NCBI RefSeq assembly: GCF_025526975.1
Contig: NW_026515685.1
Coordinates: forward strand, 372,001-436,000
Direction of reading: 5' to 3'
Length of the DNA: 64,000 nt
DNA from: Fimicolochytrium jonesii
Lineage: Eukaryota
Part shown: positions 12,281 to 25,141 of the stretch, one piece after another
Numbering within the stretch: position 1 is the first letter of the stretch
How the letters are laid out: each line of letters opens with the position of its first letter
Made by a program: the position numbers and the translations under genes
The notes under the pieces: generated by a model
The model's database searches: none
Seen by the model: only the letters and a program-made list of their open reading frames with translations
What the model was told of the DNA's origin: nothing

Positions 12281-12612
12281 AGTGATGAAATGATTCTTTC
12301 GTTTTTCCCTGCTTGTCAGTGAGATATTGAAGCGGCGTGACATAGATACTGCATCAGAACCCCCAAGTACCCTTGGAAGATTTTCCTCTAGAAAGCGATG
12401 CCATAGATACCTGGCGCACCTCATAAAAGTTTCCCATATTAAGAAGGTCACCGTGAAATTGAATAGAAGCGCAGGTCGTACCGTACATAACAGATCAATT
12501 TCCGTTTCATTCAGACTAGAAGATCTACAGAGGAACCCATCTAGGTAGCGATTCTGGCAGAAGCTATGATGCCATGAGCTAAATGTGCGCTTTCTACGTA
12601 TGATGAGCTACC

Positions 12613-13811
12613 TCACGCCGATGCCGATGTGATCAGAGAGAATGATAATAGGGTCCAATCATTGGTCTCCCTCCGAGAAAGCGGCACGCCGTGCAGATGT
12701 CGCCAAGCACAGCACAGGGTAATAGTCCTGTTCCCCGATCCAGCGGCCGCGCTTATACGAGGAAATTGGCAATATTGCTGCGAATGGCGTCGAAGAACCC
12801 TTGCAGCTTGGCACGGAGCCGTTCTGCAAAAGTCGCAAAAGGGAGAATGATACATCCGGTGATGAGCATGGCTTTGCCAAAGCAATGTTGAGGGAAACTC
12901 ACGTATGGCGCCGAACTTCCGGTGGAGTACCATTCCATCGCTGATACTCGTAGGATGCTGCCGCGCATGGTGGAGAAGCATACCTTGGTCGTCTTCCATT
13001 TCCTGGATCGCGTACGCAGTTTCTTGGACTTGCTTGAGGTACCATTCTTCTTTTCGGTTCATGAGGACGCGCATTAGAGCGATGTATTCTTCTATCATTT
13101 GCGACAGCAGGTTGCTATGCTCTGAATTGGAGATGGAAATTTGCGTAAGGTTTCCGTTAGCCGCTGATGATGTACTCCTTATGATGAGACTCTCCAGCGC
13201 ATACCCTCGAAACGGTTGTTCCTCGTATTCTGATGCTGCTGCAACCTAGACTCCAAATCATCCATCGCGATGCGCTGAAGAGGTCTCTGAAGATCGATCT
13301 CAATCTCTTCCTGCTGTACACTCTGTTTCTGCCCTCCGGTCCGCTGAATCCCATTTTCCTTTCCTTCGCGACCTCGATGTGCCACGTCGGTCGGAGACGC
13401 CGTGCGTGAGCGCGTACGGGTCTGACTTTGCGCTGCTTCGTCGACATCGTTGTTAACTATCGCACGCCCGCCCTGCGCTTGACAATCGTCATCCTCGTAC
13501 ATTGATGGGTGCCGAGTTTCGGGATCTTCGTGAAAGTCGTCTCCTTGCTGTGCTTGAGATAGATTGTCGCTCTCGATCATATTTTGCAGATATGCACCGG
13601 ACAGCTCGTCCATCGTGGCGTTGGGTTCAAAACCGTCAAAGTCCTCATGGTCTTTTGGATGACCGCCTTCGCTGCTTACGATGCCCGAGTGGTTGTTCAT
13701 CGTGTCATCTTCGTCATGGTCTCCATCCTCGTTTACGACTGTATCCGGCTCTTCGTCTTCGTTACGATCCACGCGTTCGGAAGGGGAGTTAAGGCGGTGA
13801 GCTTCGGTCAT
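12613..13811 (-). CDS. Hypothetical spliced protein (acidic N-terminus, helical C-terminal part); boundaries uncertain
   Basis: Consecutive minus-strand ORFs 13179-13811, 12613-13098 and 12753-12968 have protein-like composition; no family recognised. Confidence 0.4.
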
Positions 13812-14461
13812 TCCTGTCAGTAGGCAAATACGATGAGCGGATGGTCTGAGTAGTTTTTAAGGGCGGATTGTTGTGCCGTCGCCGTGGGAAACTTGATCCA
13901 ATCCCTATGAACTCTCTTTCAGTCTCATCACGTCAGAACCTTCATGAGCTACTACGCGCACACCCCCTTCTCACGGCGCGCTTTGAGTGACGTTCGATCA
14001 TTAAGATAATAGCTTGACATCCACACATTCATTCTCGTACAGTAAATCAAGGTAATAGGCATCCATCCATCCATCCATCCGTCCATTTGTCGCATCCGTC
14101 CGTCCGCCGTACGTACATGAGAGCAGAGGGAACCGCCGCCAGTCTGGGAAAGTTTGACAAGGCGGGACACGATATGGGCGGAATGAGCATGTGACCATTT
14201 TGGCTCGAAGATATAGATGGACGTTGGAGGGAGGCAATACGACTGGCACAATGGTATAGGGGGTGGCGGACGATATCAGCGAGGCGGAGCTTGGAATATT
14301 GTCGGAGCGCACTGCATTGAGGTCGGAGATTTGGTGGAAGTTCGCAAACTGCGGTCGGAGGCGGAAAGCCGTAACGAGGATACGTTTGGTAGACAAGGAG
14401 ACTGACGAACTCTTCAACTCTTCCTTGTCGTCATCAGGTTAAAGCCTTATAAACGGGAGCA

Positions 14462-15116
14462 ATGGTGAGCTACTTCTGCGTCATTTCGAACTGCCGTGTG
14501 AATCCCCTCTGACCCTTTACATTTCTAGGCCAAGTCAAAGGTTCGTTTTGATTGATGTTCCGTTGCACCGATAGTGGCGTATTTAGGGGGCGGAACGGTA
14601 GTGTGAAGTTGGAAGGTGGAGGGTTGGAGGGGGTTTTGGACGTACGCATTTGAACTTCGTGTTGGAATGAGCGAATGGTGATACCCTTGGACCTGGTTTG
14701 CGCTAAGAACGTCGCTTAGGGCGCGGGTGCCTTCACTACGAAAGGCATACGAGGGGTGAACGTCGAATCAGCCATTGCGCACCCTTGTGGATGCGTCTGA
14801 AGACTTCAGAATGCACGCATGCTCGACCACTTGGGAAGGAAACCTCATCATCCACCCTTCTGCACCCCACAGAACCACACCAACCACAACCAGAACAAAA
14901 AGGCTCACCGTAACGGTATCAAGAAGCCTAAGGCCAACAGGCACCCTTCCCTCCGTGGTGTGGACCCCAAGTTCCTGCGCAACCAGAGGTTCGCCAAGAA
15001 GGGCAGTCTTGGTAAGTTCTCATCCTGGAAGCGCATGTGCATATGACTCCCATCAACCATTTGCTAACTCGCCTCGTCTTCTCGTACAAATAGCTGTCAT
15101 CAAGAAGTCCGAATAA
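14462..15116 (+). CDS. RPL29: 60S ribosomal protein L29 (eL29); exons 14462-14464, 14529-14540, 14873-15011, 15094-15116
   Basis: Spliced product [58 protein letters not shown]; all introns are GT-AG. Confidence 0.95.
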
Positions 15117-16760
15117 GCGTCTGATCTAGCCGTCTTGTTATGTTCTTCTAATACGATCACCCGTACTGTACATTCGCATTGTTCCGAAGCTGGAATTCTG
15201 ATGGATTTTTGTGACGGATCTGATGTCTGCCTGAACACAGCTGGCAGCACCGTGGGTTATACTGCTTTGTCGAGAGGAGGGTTACAGATGGGAATGTTGT
15301 GGACCGAGGGAGCCGTCCAGGGGAAGGCAGAGGCTTTCAATTTGAGGGAAGAGCTCCTTGCTGATTCCGGAGAACGGAAATGGAGGTCTCGGGATGAAGG
15401 GGAAGTCCATCCGCCCAATGGCAGGCATATGACAACGTGTGGGATCTGGCACGAACTCTAGATCTCGTCCTGTTCCGTTGAGGGTTCCCAATTCATTGTG
15501 TTTGAATGCCCTACCTTGCAAATTCAGCGCGATTGTGCGTTGCCCTCCCAGACCACATATCAAAGCGAGGTGTGGAAACTGTTTACGTGCCACAACCTCT
15601 CTCTGAGCCGGCATGGGTTACCGTACGAAAGAGAACGCTGAACTAAATATATTTGGCTTGACAACATTGATCCTCCAGAAGCACAGGAAAGAACAAGGGG
15701 CACGAGAGCCGTGCATGTACAAAAAGAGCTTGAACAATGTGCTGCCTTTTCAAAGTCCATATTTTCCATGTCGACGAGACCCCAAGAGGCGAATCTTCAA
15801 GTCCTCGTACTCCGCCCGCCACATCTCCGCCTCAATCTTCTCGATCTCGTCCTTGTCCTGCCCCTTGCGTCGAACCGGCGAGGCTCCCAACGTCCTTCGT
15901 ATGCCGCCACTTCCGGAGGCGATTTGGGGGTCGCGGCCGATGTCTTGGCTGGCCAAGCTCACGTCAAAATCCGCCAGTGCGGCGGCACGTGACATGCGCG
16001 CTGTCGAAATTCGCCGTCGACGGCAGGTTATGCGAAATGACGCCTTCTCCCATCCAGCAAAATCATCTGCCGTTGCGGACGAATGTCCAAGACGGCGTGC
16101 CGAGGAGAGGGATACGAGGGGTCAGGCGAGGGTGAGGCTGGACTTGCCACAGGCTGCGAATGGTGCAATGGGGGCAAGGTCAAGAGGCCGCAGGGCTGCA
16201 CGCGCTCTGGACGCTCAGGAACGGGGGAGCTTTATGTGTTGTGACGCGACCGACCCGAACGTTATAGTGCGAGGAGGACTGAAAAAGCTAAACTCTTGGC
16301 CTTCATTCTGGTGTGCCATCTCATCATCTGTCACTGCCTCTTTCCGCACGCCGTCGAACCGCACGGGATGGTCTCCCGCTCATATGCCTCCCATAGCGCA
16401 ATGTTACATGCTCAAAGGGAGGAAAAAACCTTCCCCCGTCGCAGGTGAACCAGCGCTGCGGCCGAAAAACTCTTGGCAGCCCCGTTTCTCTTTGACATCC
16501 TCTCTTGCGCCATTGCGTATGATTAGGCGGCCGCACGAGGCTTGGCAGAAACATGGAGAAGTTCTCCAGAATCTCCCTCGGCAGGTTGCTCCCCCCCACC
16601 CTTTATAAAAGCAGGTCCCTTCTCGGCTTCCGCTTTCGTTTTTCATAATCCTCACTCACCGTCTACATCCATACTTCATCCCCACAACCTTCGGAATCGT
16701 CTCGAGAACAAGCAGTCTATCACCCTCTGCCGTATCCAATCTCTCCAAACCGCTTTCAAG

Positions 16761-17780
16761 ATGAAGTTCGCTTACTTTCTGGCCGCCTCTGCGGTCTGCG
16801 CCCCGGTTTTCGTCTCGGCTCTTGCTGTTCCTGAGGTAGCCAAAGTGGTAGGTTTCAGCGGTCTTCTTTCGGATTGGGTGATGCGTGCCCTTCTCCCCTC
16901 ATCAGAGCATCGTGATCATTGATACTTACTTGGCTTCCCATTCTTCCAACTCTTCCAGGAAGTCGCCAAGACTAAAGACGATGTCACTTCTGACAACAAG
17001 GGCGGCTATGGCAACTCCGGCTATGGCAAGCACTACGACAAGGACAACTCCGGCTATGGCGACGACGGCTATGGCGACTCCGGCTATGGCAAGGACTACG
17101 GCAAAGACAACTCCTACGGCAAAGACGAATCTACGGCCAAGACAGAGGGCTACGGCGGCTACGGCGGCTACGGCGGCTATGGCGGACACGGCGGACACGG
17201 GGGACACGGTTTCGAAGCTGCCGTCTCGAAGAGGGATGACACAGAGGGATACGGCGGCTACGGCGGCTACGGGAAGAGGGATGACACAGAGGGATATGGC
17301 GGCTACGGCGGCTACGGCGGCTACGGGAAGAGGGATGACACAGAGGGATACGGCGGCTACGGCGGCTACGGCGGCTACGGGAAGAGGGATGACACAGAGG
17401 GATATGGCGGCTACGGCGGCTACGGGGGACACGGTTTCAAAGCTGCCGTCTCGAAGAGGGATGACACAGAGGGATACGGCGCCTACGGCGGTTACGGGGG
17501 ATACGGGGGTTACAGCTCTGCTGATGTCTCGAAGCGCAGCGAGGGCTACGGTGGTTATGGAGGGTATGGGGGTGGAGGGTATGGGGGTTACGGACACGGA
17601 GGCCGCGGCGGTTACAGCAAGGCCGAAGTGACGGGCAGCGACTCAAAGCTTACCTCTCGCGGCTACTACGGCGGCAATTACGGTGGCTACGGAGGTGGCC
17701 ACCGAGGTGGTTACGGCAATTACGGCGGTTACGGCGGTGGCCGCTATGGCAACTACGGCGGCTACGGAGGTCGCTACTAA
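16761..17780 (+). CDS. Secreted Gly/Tyr-rich repeat protein with multiple KR (Kex2-type) sites; intron 16848-16958
   Basis: Signal peptide MKFAYFLAASAVCAPVFVSALA. Exon 2 is open from 16959 to the TAA at 17780 and encodes 5x KRDDTEGYG(G/A)YGG plus KRSEGYGG. TATAAAA at ~16604. This frame is not in the ORF track. Confidence 0.85.
17150..17770 (+). repeat. Coding tandem repeats: 9-bp GGCGGCTAC units nested in ~45-54-bp AAGAGGGATGACACAGAGGGA.. units
   Basis: Directly visible near-identical repeat units. Confidence 0.9.
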
Positions 17781-18301
17781 GTTCCTCGGCTTGCATCCCT
17801 CGTCAACTTGGGCCCCTCTCTTAATAAAGTCATGCTCTAGTCGAGTCTCTTTTGGGTAGCTCATTCCCCTGTTTTGGTTAGTCTGATTGGTTTTCCCATA
17901 TGAAGCCAAGATTCTGGCATTTTCATGTATATACTGTTTTTGGCGTATGGCATCGTTTTTTTGCGCTTCTGGCGAGCAGCAACATGTATTTGCAATTTTG
18001 AAGCTTGGAATCGATTTTTTCTCCTAAATGGCTCTTCAGATCATTTTGCTTTTGTTCTTGGAATGAAAAAGAAGAAAAGATGTTTCCAGTGCAACGATGG
18101 AGTTGAGAACCATCCAGTTTGACGAACACTCGAGTCGGAAATAAGAGAAAGTCATCACGTCACAGGTTTGACATGTTTGACGGCGCGTGGGCAAGCGAAT
18201 TGACGGCTCTCTTCCCCACAGGCCGCTGGCTCGGTCTTTGAGCTGAGACATCTCCAACGACCCTACAATTCGATAGGCGAACCCCAAGTCTGCTAGTAGC
18301 C

Positions 18302-21300
18302 ATGCCGCGCAAGGACTATCAGAAGGATGTTGCTGCACTGCAAGGACTCAGATACCAACTCGGGGGTGGTGGCTGCGTTAGAGGTGTGTATGAGACCGAC
18401 CCCTGGGAAAACCGTTTCTCGCAACTCTTTGACTGAAACTCCTTTATATAGACGTCGTCCCAGGTCAGGAGGATGGGGAAGTGAACTTTAGCTTCCAGTA
18501 CGACGATAAGCACTGGCTCCAGATATGTATTCAGTTTCAGGGTGAGTGTTTTTGGACAGTGGTGAGCCCAATATGGCGGTTACTGACGCAAACCTGTTTC
18601 ACAGACTTGTTTCGATACCCAACTGGCTCTTCTGGATTCATCTTTTTTGCGGAAGGGAATGTGGACGGGAAAGCACGAGGCGGTATGGAGCCAGGAGAGC
18701 AATGATTGAAGGCGTATAAACTGAGACATCACGCCGTTTTGTAGCTACCGAATCTGTACTCAACGTGAAGATTGATGGGAAACCAGTCCATCAAGTCGTG
18801 CAGGAGCTATCATGGAGGCTTTGCCAATTCTTCTGCCTTTCGCAAGAATTCCTCGCCGTCCTGTCCTCGCCTACAGCATCACATGGCTCCGAGAGCGATG
18901 ACCATATGTCCAATCACAGCGACATGTCGATGGATACAGACGGCGACTCTGGGACTTATGATGTTCCTTTCACCTCCGGCAACATTGACCCGCATTTGCG
19001 CTCCCTACTTCTGCGGGATGTGTTTCAGCTTCGTGCGTGCGGCTACACGCAAGTGGGGTACCTGACGTATGACACTGATTCAGGGTAAGCGGACAATGTA
19101 TTACGTTCGCTTCCCATTGAGGCTGTCGGGCTAAGGCAAACATGGCTTATAGATTCATGTTGTACATCTCTACATCGGTCCGCTGCTTGTTGGACGCCGA
19201 GCTCTTGAACGAAGATCAATGCGCGGCATGGTATCTCGACGTGGACAAATACGTCGTGATCCTCATGAAGTTTGATTCAGCTTACGGGGAAGTAATCAAC
19301 CACGTGAGTGTCACGCTTCCTGAATTCAGAATCACGAGCAAACCAGCTTATCACTAGGTTTTCAGGGGCATTCTAAAGAGCATGGTTATGTCAAAGGGTT
19401 AGTTACATCGATAGGTGCGGCATTCATTGCTAGTATCTCATGCGGCATATCATTCTCTTAGGATGCAAGGCGACCCAAACATGGCGTTTCATAGACAACC
19501 GCAAGCACAATTCAGGTAGGAGGGCAGTGATGGATGATAATGAGAGAATGAGCGCACTTACCGTCTTCACCAGATGCATGCTGAGTTCTAAGCCCATAGT
19601 GTCTGCTGCCGAAGCCTTTTTGTGCTTCCAAAGGTCCACGGCGAATAGGACTGGATCCCTAGAGAAAGAGTTCAGCGATGGAGCCACCCAGACGACCGAG
19701 ATGCTCTCTCCGTTCTTGTTATCGTGGACTCTGTGCGATCTACTCGAGACCAAGTTCCTCCCGCTGCTGACTTACCGGTTGGAGCGAGGCTGTAGCTGGT
19801 AGGCATCGTGCACAAAGTCCTTTGCGACATTGCTCAAGTAAACTCACAAACCTTGGTCTCAGGACGGATGCCGAAGCCGTGATCGAGGGCGTCGACGCAG
19901 GTGCTGCAGCCAAGGATGCTGCTGCTAGCATCCTCGACACCATCGTTGACTCACTGACAAAAACCGCGAGCAGTCGGTACGTGATATCTTCTGGTGCACC
20001 AAGTTAGAAACGTACAAGCTTTTCTCATCATCGGGAGGCGCGTGCCTGAAACTCCCGTATAGGCAGAATACGACTAAAAAGCGACCTGGAAAAGTTTGGT
20101 CCGAGCTCGATGCAGTGTCATGCCCATACCAGGTCGCGTACCAAGAGGCTTGGGCACACCACCTCAATCTTCCGCTGCTGGTTGTGCGGTATGTACTGCG
20201 GCGGCTCTCCTTAGCTGCAAAATACTGTCTCGTGTGCCACAAGCGCACTCTTTCAGGTCAGTGGAATCGCTCGTACAGGCTTCGAAGTTTGAGACTGACC
20301 GAATTTCTAGATTTCGAGCCTTTGAAGCCATACGTGTGCTCCGCCGACCTTTGCACTCATCAATTTCTGCAGCTTGGGTTGGGACCATCGATTGAGTTGG
20401 AGGTATGCTCTTGTAGTCATTCCGCATCCCAGACAATCTCTGATCTAAACTGCCCGAAGGTGATGCATCACCCTGATGTCGTTGATCTGCTTGTATCACT
20501 GGCTTATACCGCCGCGCTAAGCTCGTCACTCACACCCTTTCCGCACGGAGTCGGCGTCGAGCAAGTGTCCCAACATGACGGCGGCACTGCTCGAATCGTC
20601 AGCAAAGTTGGTGGCTCCATGACTGTGCAATGTTACGGAAGGTGTACTACACTTCGAGAGAGCGATGTGATCCAGGTACGTGATCATCCCCCACTGGCTG
20701 TTACCTTCTGCCAATCTGGGAATTTGGCTAACCCAGCAATTCAAATCAGTTTCGCCATCGGAAAAATGACCATAGCTTCAAACTCTTGGGAGTGCCCAGT
20801 CATTCTCTGATGTCGGGGGATCTGACATGCCGATGTACTTTCACTGTTCAACGAGTGCCTCCTTCTCTCGAAGACAACACGGCACTCTCGAATGTGTCAC
20901 TGCCGTACACCTTTGTACGAAGTACGTGGAGTGGATGGCATACCAATGCTGCTGTTGGATCGGCCGACATGTCTCTGTTCACTCAGACACTGGACTTGCT
21001 GCCCAAGATTCGAATGCTGCGGAAAGCGCTAAAGCGACAGCTTTCTCAAGCCAATAGTCACGATTCTGATGCTGAAGAGTCGGACGTGGATGATGGAGGG
21101 GCTGAGGATTCAGACGAGGAAAGCAAACTCCAACGCGCGCAGGCTTTGGAGGAGGCCAAGACACTGAAGATGGCGCAAGAAAAGCAGAACTTGACCCTAC
21201 TGCGGCGATTGACGACACTGACTCTCCGACCGATTTTGGATCCGATCAATCCCCTGATCTATCCTCTCCTTCGGTGGATCATTTGTAGCAACCGAAGTTT

Positions 21301-22987
21301 CATCAAAGAATTGAAAGGCTCCACAGAGAAGATTGCTGGAGTCGGTGTCGAAAATGTGCAGTTCAAGATGGTGATGAGTACCCCCGAGAAGGAGGCGCGG
21401 TTCATCCGAGAAAGAAATCTGCATGCCTCCAGCAAGAATGTGAAAAGTCTATGGGCCTTTCATGGAAGCCCCCTTCATAATTGGCACAGCATCTTGAGGA
21501 CGGGCTTGAACACAGACAGAGTCGCACATGGTCGGGCATACGGAAACGGCATCTATCATGCTCTTCAATCAGTAACTGCAGCCGGGTATGCAGCGCGCAC
21601 TGGAGGTAGCTGGCCGCACTCAAGCTTGGGGGTGGTTCAATGCATGTCCTTGAACGAGATCGTGAACTGCCCTTCGCAATTCGTTTCGACAAACCCATAC
21701 TTAGTGGTGGGGAACATCGACTGGGTTCAAACACGGTTTCTGATGGCTCGGCATACCTATCGAAACTATAACCAAACCGGGTCTTCTGGCGCCACCCCCG
21801 AAATACCCACTGTCGCCTACCACGCGATGGATACAAGCCTGTTTCCAGTGGATATAACGAACACCTGTATCAAAATACCCATACTGACCTATGCACATCG
21901 AGAGAGCGGCACTGTGGGCGACATTCGAATTGACGATCCGGGAATCCTCGCGTTAGAAAATGAAGAATCGGAGTCGCAAGCCAGATGTAGAAAGCGGAAA
22001 GAAAACGCCTTGTCGAGTCCGGGCAATGTCTCCAATGAGGAAAAGAGTATGGGTGGGCGGATCTTCGACACCCTTTTCTCCTCTGGGAAGCGGTACAAAG
22101 ACGAACGCAGCGCAAGCGACGTCGTTGCGTTTGATGACGATACGCTGTTTCCACCGCCTCACTACGCCACATCGTCAGCGACGAAAGCATTGTTCCACGA
22201 ATTGAAAAGTCTCAGGAACCTTCAGAATTCTATATCCCGAGGAGAAAGAGGATGGTATCTCAAGGATTCTGACATATCAAATTTATACCAGTAGGCCCTT
22301 TCGTGTTTGCCATAATGGAGATTCATCTGCTGATGATTCTATGTTTGCAGATGGAGATTACGCATGACAGACTTCGACGCCGATCTGCCTTTAGCGAAAG
22401 ACCTTCGATCAAAGGGATTGCAAGATTCCGGCATCGAGCTCGAAGTACGGTTTAGCGGAGACTTCCCTTTTGCACCGTGAGTCTACATTTGACATTGTCC
22501 GACATCAATAAAATCCCACTTATCCTTGTGCAACTTCATTTCCAGGCCTTATGTGCGGGTCATACAGCCGAGATTTTTGCAGGTGGGAGTGTTGTTCTTA
22601 TTCGACTGGGAGAAACAACGTTGAATCTAACGGGGAACTTCTATGCAGTTCGCACATGGTGGAGGTGGACATGTCACTGCTGGTAAGGGATATATTTCCG
22701 CAACTTGCAATTGGAGCATATGACAAGCACTAAACGTCGACCTCCCAGGCGGGTCTGTCTGCATGGACCTATTAACCTCGTCCGGCTGGCAGCCGACATA
22801 CAATCTGGAGTCCGTCTTCCTTCAGATCCGCATGGCGCTCACTTCGCTTGACCCGGTTCCCGCCCGACTTGCACCGAATTGGGACCAGCCATACTCCGCC
22901 CGAGAAGCTATCGATGCCTTCGAACGCGTTGCCGGTGCGTATGGTTGGGTCGTACCCAAGAACTGGAGATCGAACTTTTCTTCTTGA
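18302..22987 (+). CDS. PARP catalytic domain plus C-terminal UBE2Q-like ubiquitin-conjugating domain (fungal PARP6/8/16-related clade); many introns
   Basis: N-terminus MPRKDYQKDV; YCLVCHK...FEPLKPYVCSADLC.HQF; FHGSPLHNWHSILRTGL..AHGRAYGNGIYHA; C-terminal FPFAPPYVRVI.PRF, HGGGHVTAGGSVCMDLLTSSGWQPTYNLESVFLQIRMAL. Confidence 0.85.
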
Positions 22988-23450
22988 GTGCATCGGAACA
23001 CGAAGGAGCGTTGCTTCAGATTCGATTCACAGGAGAAGTGAGATGTGTGTTCATACATCGTAGCAAATACCTTTTCATAGGCATAGCCGTAGGATGGCAT
23101 TCGGCATACATATTAGTGCCCGCAGAGATGTACTTTAGTAGTGTGCGCATATGATGCGGGCGTATTTGAATATGACTTACTTGCATAAGAAATTGTGAAA
23201 AATTCTGGTGACCTTCTGTCGGCATGCCCTTGGGGATCTCTTCGTACGCGAGAAGCCCCCCACAAAGGTCCTCATCTCATTGCCGCCCCACTGGGACACT
23301 GGCCACAATACATGTACGAAGATTTATGAATTTCATTCATTTATTACAATTATCAGAAAAGAAATCCTTTACTCTATCAAAAACCTCCAGCCTGCAAAAC
23401 CCATCACCTCCCCTCCTCAAGTCTCTCGGCAAAAGGACAAAGTCTCTCGC

Positions 23451-25141
23451 TCACTTCTTGATAACATCAAAGTCGTCGGGTGGCAAGAGGATGGCAAACA
23501 TTACAGCTACAGCCTCCATGATCACGGCCACGAACTGGAAGAGGATGGTGACCGGAACCAACAAGATGACAATGAAGATATTGTAGCCCTTGTCCACGTT
23601 CTGATAGAACATGCCCATAGCATAGAGGTAAACGAAGACGGTGAGCGAAAAGTCCTTGAGGATACCGAACCACATCGGCGTGTCGGTGGGGACGTAGACG
23701 CCGAGAATGAAGGATGCGATGGTGCAGTACAGCGAGAGGAGACCGAGACCCCAGAAGAGGGCGAGGAGTTTGGGCAGGACGGAGCCGAGACGGCGGATAC
23801 CGACGAACCAGCGACGACGCTGCTTGAGGAAACCGATGAGGTCGAGGGGAGATTGTTCGCGGACGATGCCGGCGACGGAGCCGCAGCGGAAACCCATCTG
23901 CCAAGCCTTGACGGCAAACTGGAAGTCTTCTGTCAAACCTGGGGAATGGAAGGGAAAACGGTCGTCAGCAACAAAGCAATGAAAGAGTGAACAAAGAGAC
24001 GATAATATGACATACTTCCAAGATCCCAAGTAACGGCATTTTCAACCGCACCGTTGGTGAGCAAGAAACTACCGTGGGCACCAAAGATCGGCCGATGGAA
24101 GTAAGTGTACTGAAGGTGGAATCGGGACAAGTCATCCCCAACACGAAGGCCATCTGCGACGGTGTAGAAAGGGTTCTTCCAGAAATGGTACTGGTTGTAC
24201 ATAATGATACCCTGTCCCCAGGTATACTCCTTCTTCCATTTGACAAACTCAAGGATACGAGCTACACTCTCATCGTCGATAACGGACTCTTCGTCGAGAT
24301 GGAGAATCCAGTCGTGCTCGGTGTAGCGCATGGTCTGGCGGTACCACTCGAGAGCGCGGGCCTTGTATTTGGACCGCGAAGTCGTGAAGCTCTTGGGGCA
24401 TGTGTAGCAATTGATCCCTTCGAAGAAATTAGGCTCGTCGGTAAGGACGTGCACTCGAACGCAAGGGTCGAGGAGCTCGAGATGCTTGTGAGCTTTCCAG
24501 GCTCGCATGACGGCTTCCTTGTTGTCTCCTTTGGTGACGGTCAGGATGTAGAGGTTGTCGACTCTCCTTGGCTGCTCGGTTGCCGTGGCCTTTTTCGGCG
24601 CTGGGGCGTTGTGCAGCGGAAGAATCAACCCGAGGAAACAGATGAAGGTGTATGGAATGGGTAGAAGCCAGCCTAAGATAAGAAACAGACAAGAAGGATG
24701 TCAGGACGTGCGATTCTGATGTCAAACGGGGTCGTCGGAGAAAGCTCAATAGGACTTACCCATCTTCCAGTAACATCCCTTATTCCAGACCTGATCGGTA
24801 ACATAGCCTTGGGGTATAACGAATGACAAGACATATGTCGTTCCAAGGATAACCACAAAGTGAAAAATCCATCCCCACGACATCAAGCGCATGACCAAGG
24901 TGGTTCTGCCCTTGTTTGTGCGCTCCCCGTCATCGGGAAGTTGCGGTATAGTGCCCTTCTTGGGACTTGGTGCGACATCGATAGCGGTGGCATTCCTTTC
25001 CGCGAGAGTGTCGGAACTCAAGCGGGAGCTGATATCTGTGGATGTGTCGGGCCACTCGTCGTACGGCTTCTCGACGTAAGTCTGCGACGGGATTTCGTCG
25101 GGGATCGCCTTCTTGCGAGGCGAGCCGGCTTTGCGTGACAT
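23451..25141 (-). CDS. Egghead-like beta-1,4-mannosyltransferase (GT2, Glyco_trans_2_3); 3 exons
   Basis: YKARALEW, WILHLDEES, QGIIMY, ADGLRVGDD..RF, GAHGSFL, LTEDFQFA, EQSP and QRRRW motifs; several TM helices. Confidence 0.85.

Noticed and set aside
11444..12451. 335-aa minus-strand ORF
   Set aside because: Antisense to the transglutaminase-like gene.
15613..16608. 331-aa plus-strand ORF (and an 81-aa minus ORF at 15750-15995)
   Set aside because: Arg/Ser-rich with no recognisable motif; cannot be supported as coding.
17228..17480. Regularly spaced ~21-bp repeats resembling a CRISPR array
   Set aside because: The spacers are themselves repeats of in-frame codons, and there are no cas genes in this eukaryotic context.
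16885..17631. ATAATA/RGMTQRD-repeat ORF and its antisense ORF
   Set aside because: Alternative-frame shadows of the GYG-repeat exon; only the GYG frame splices to the signal peptide.
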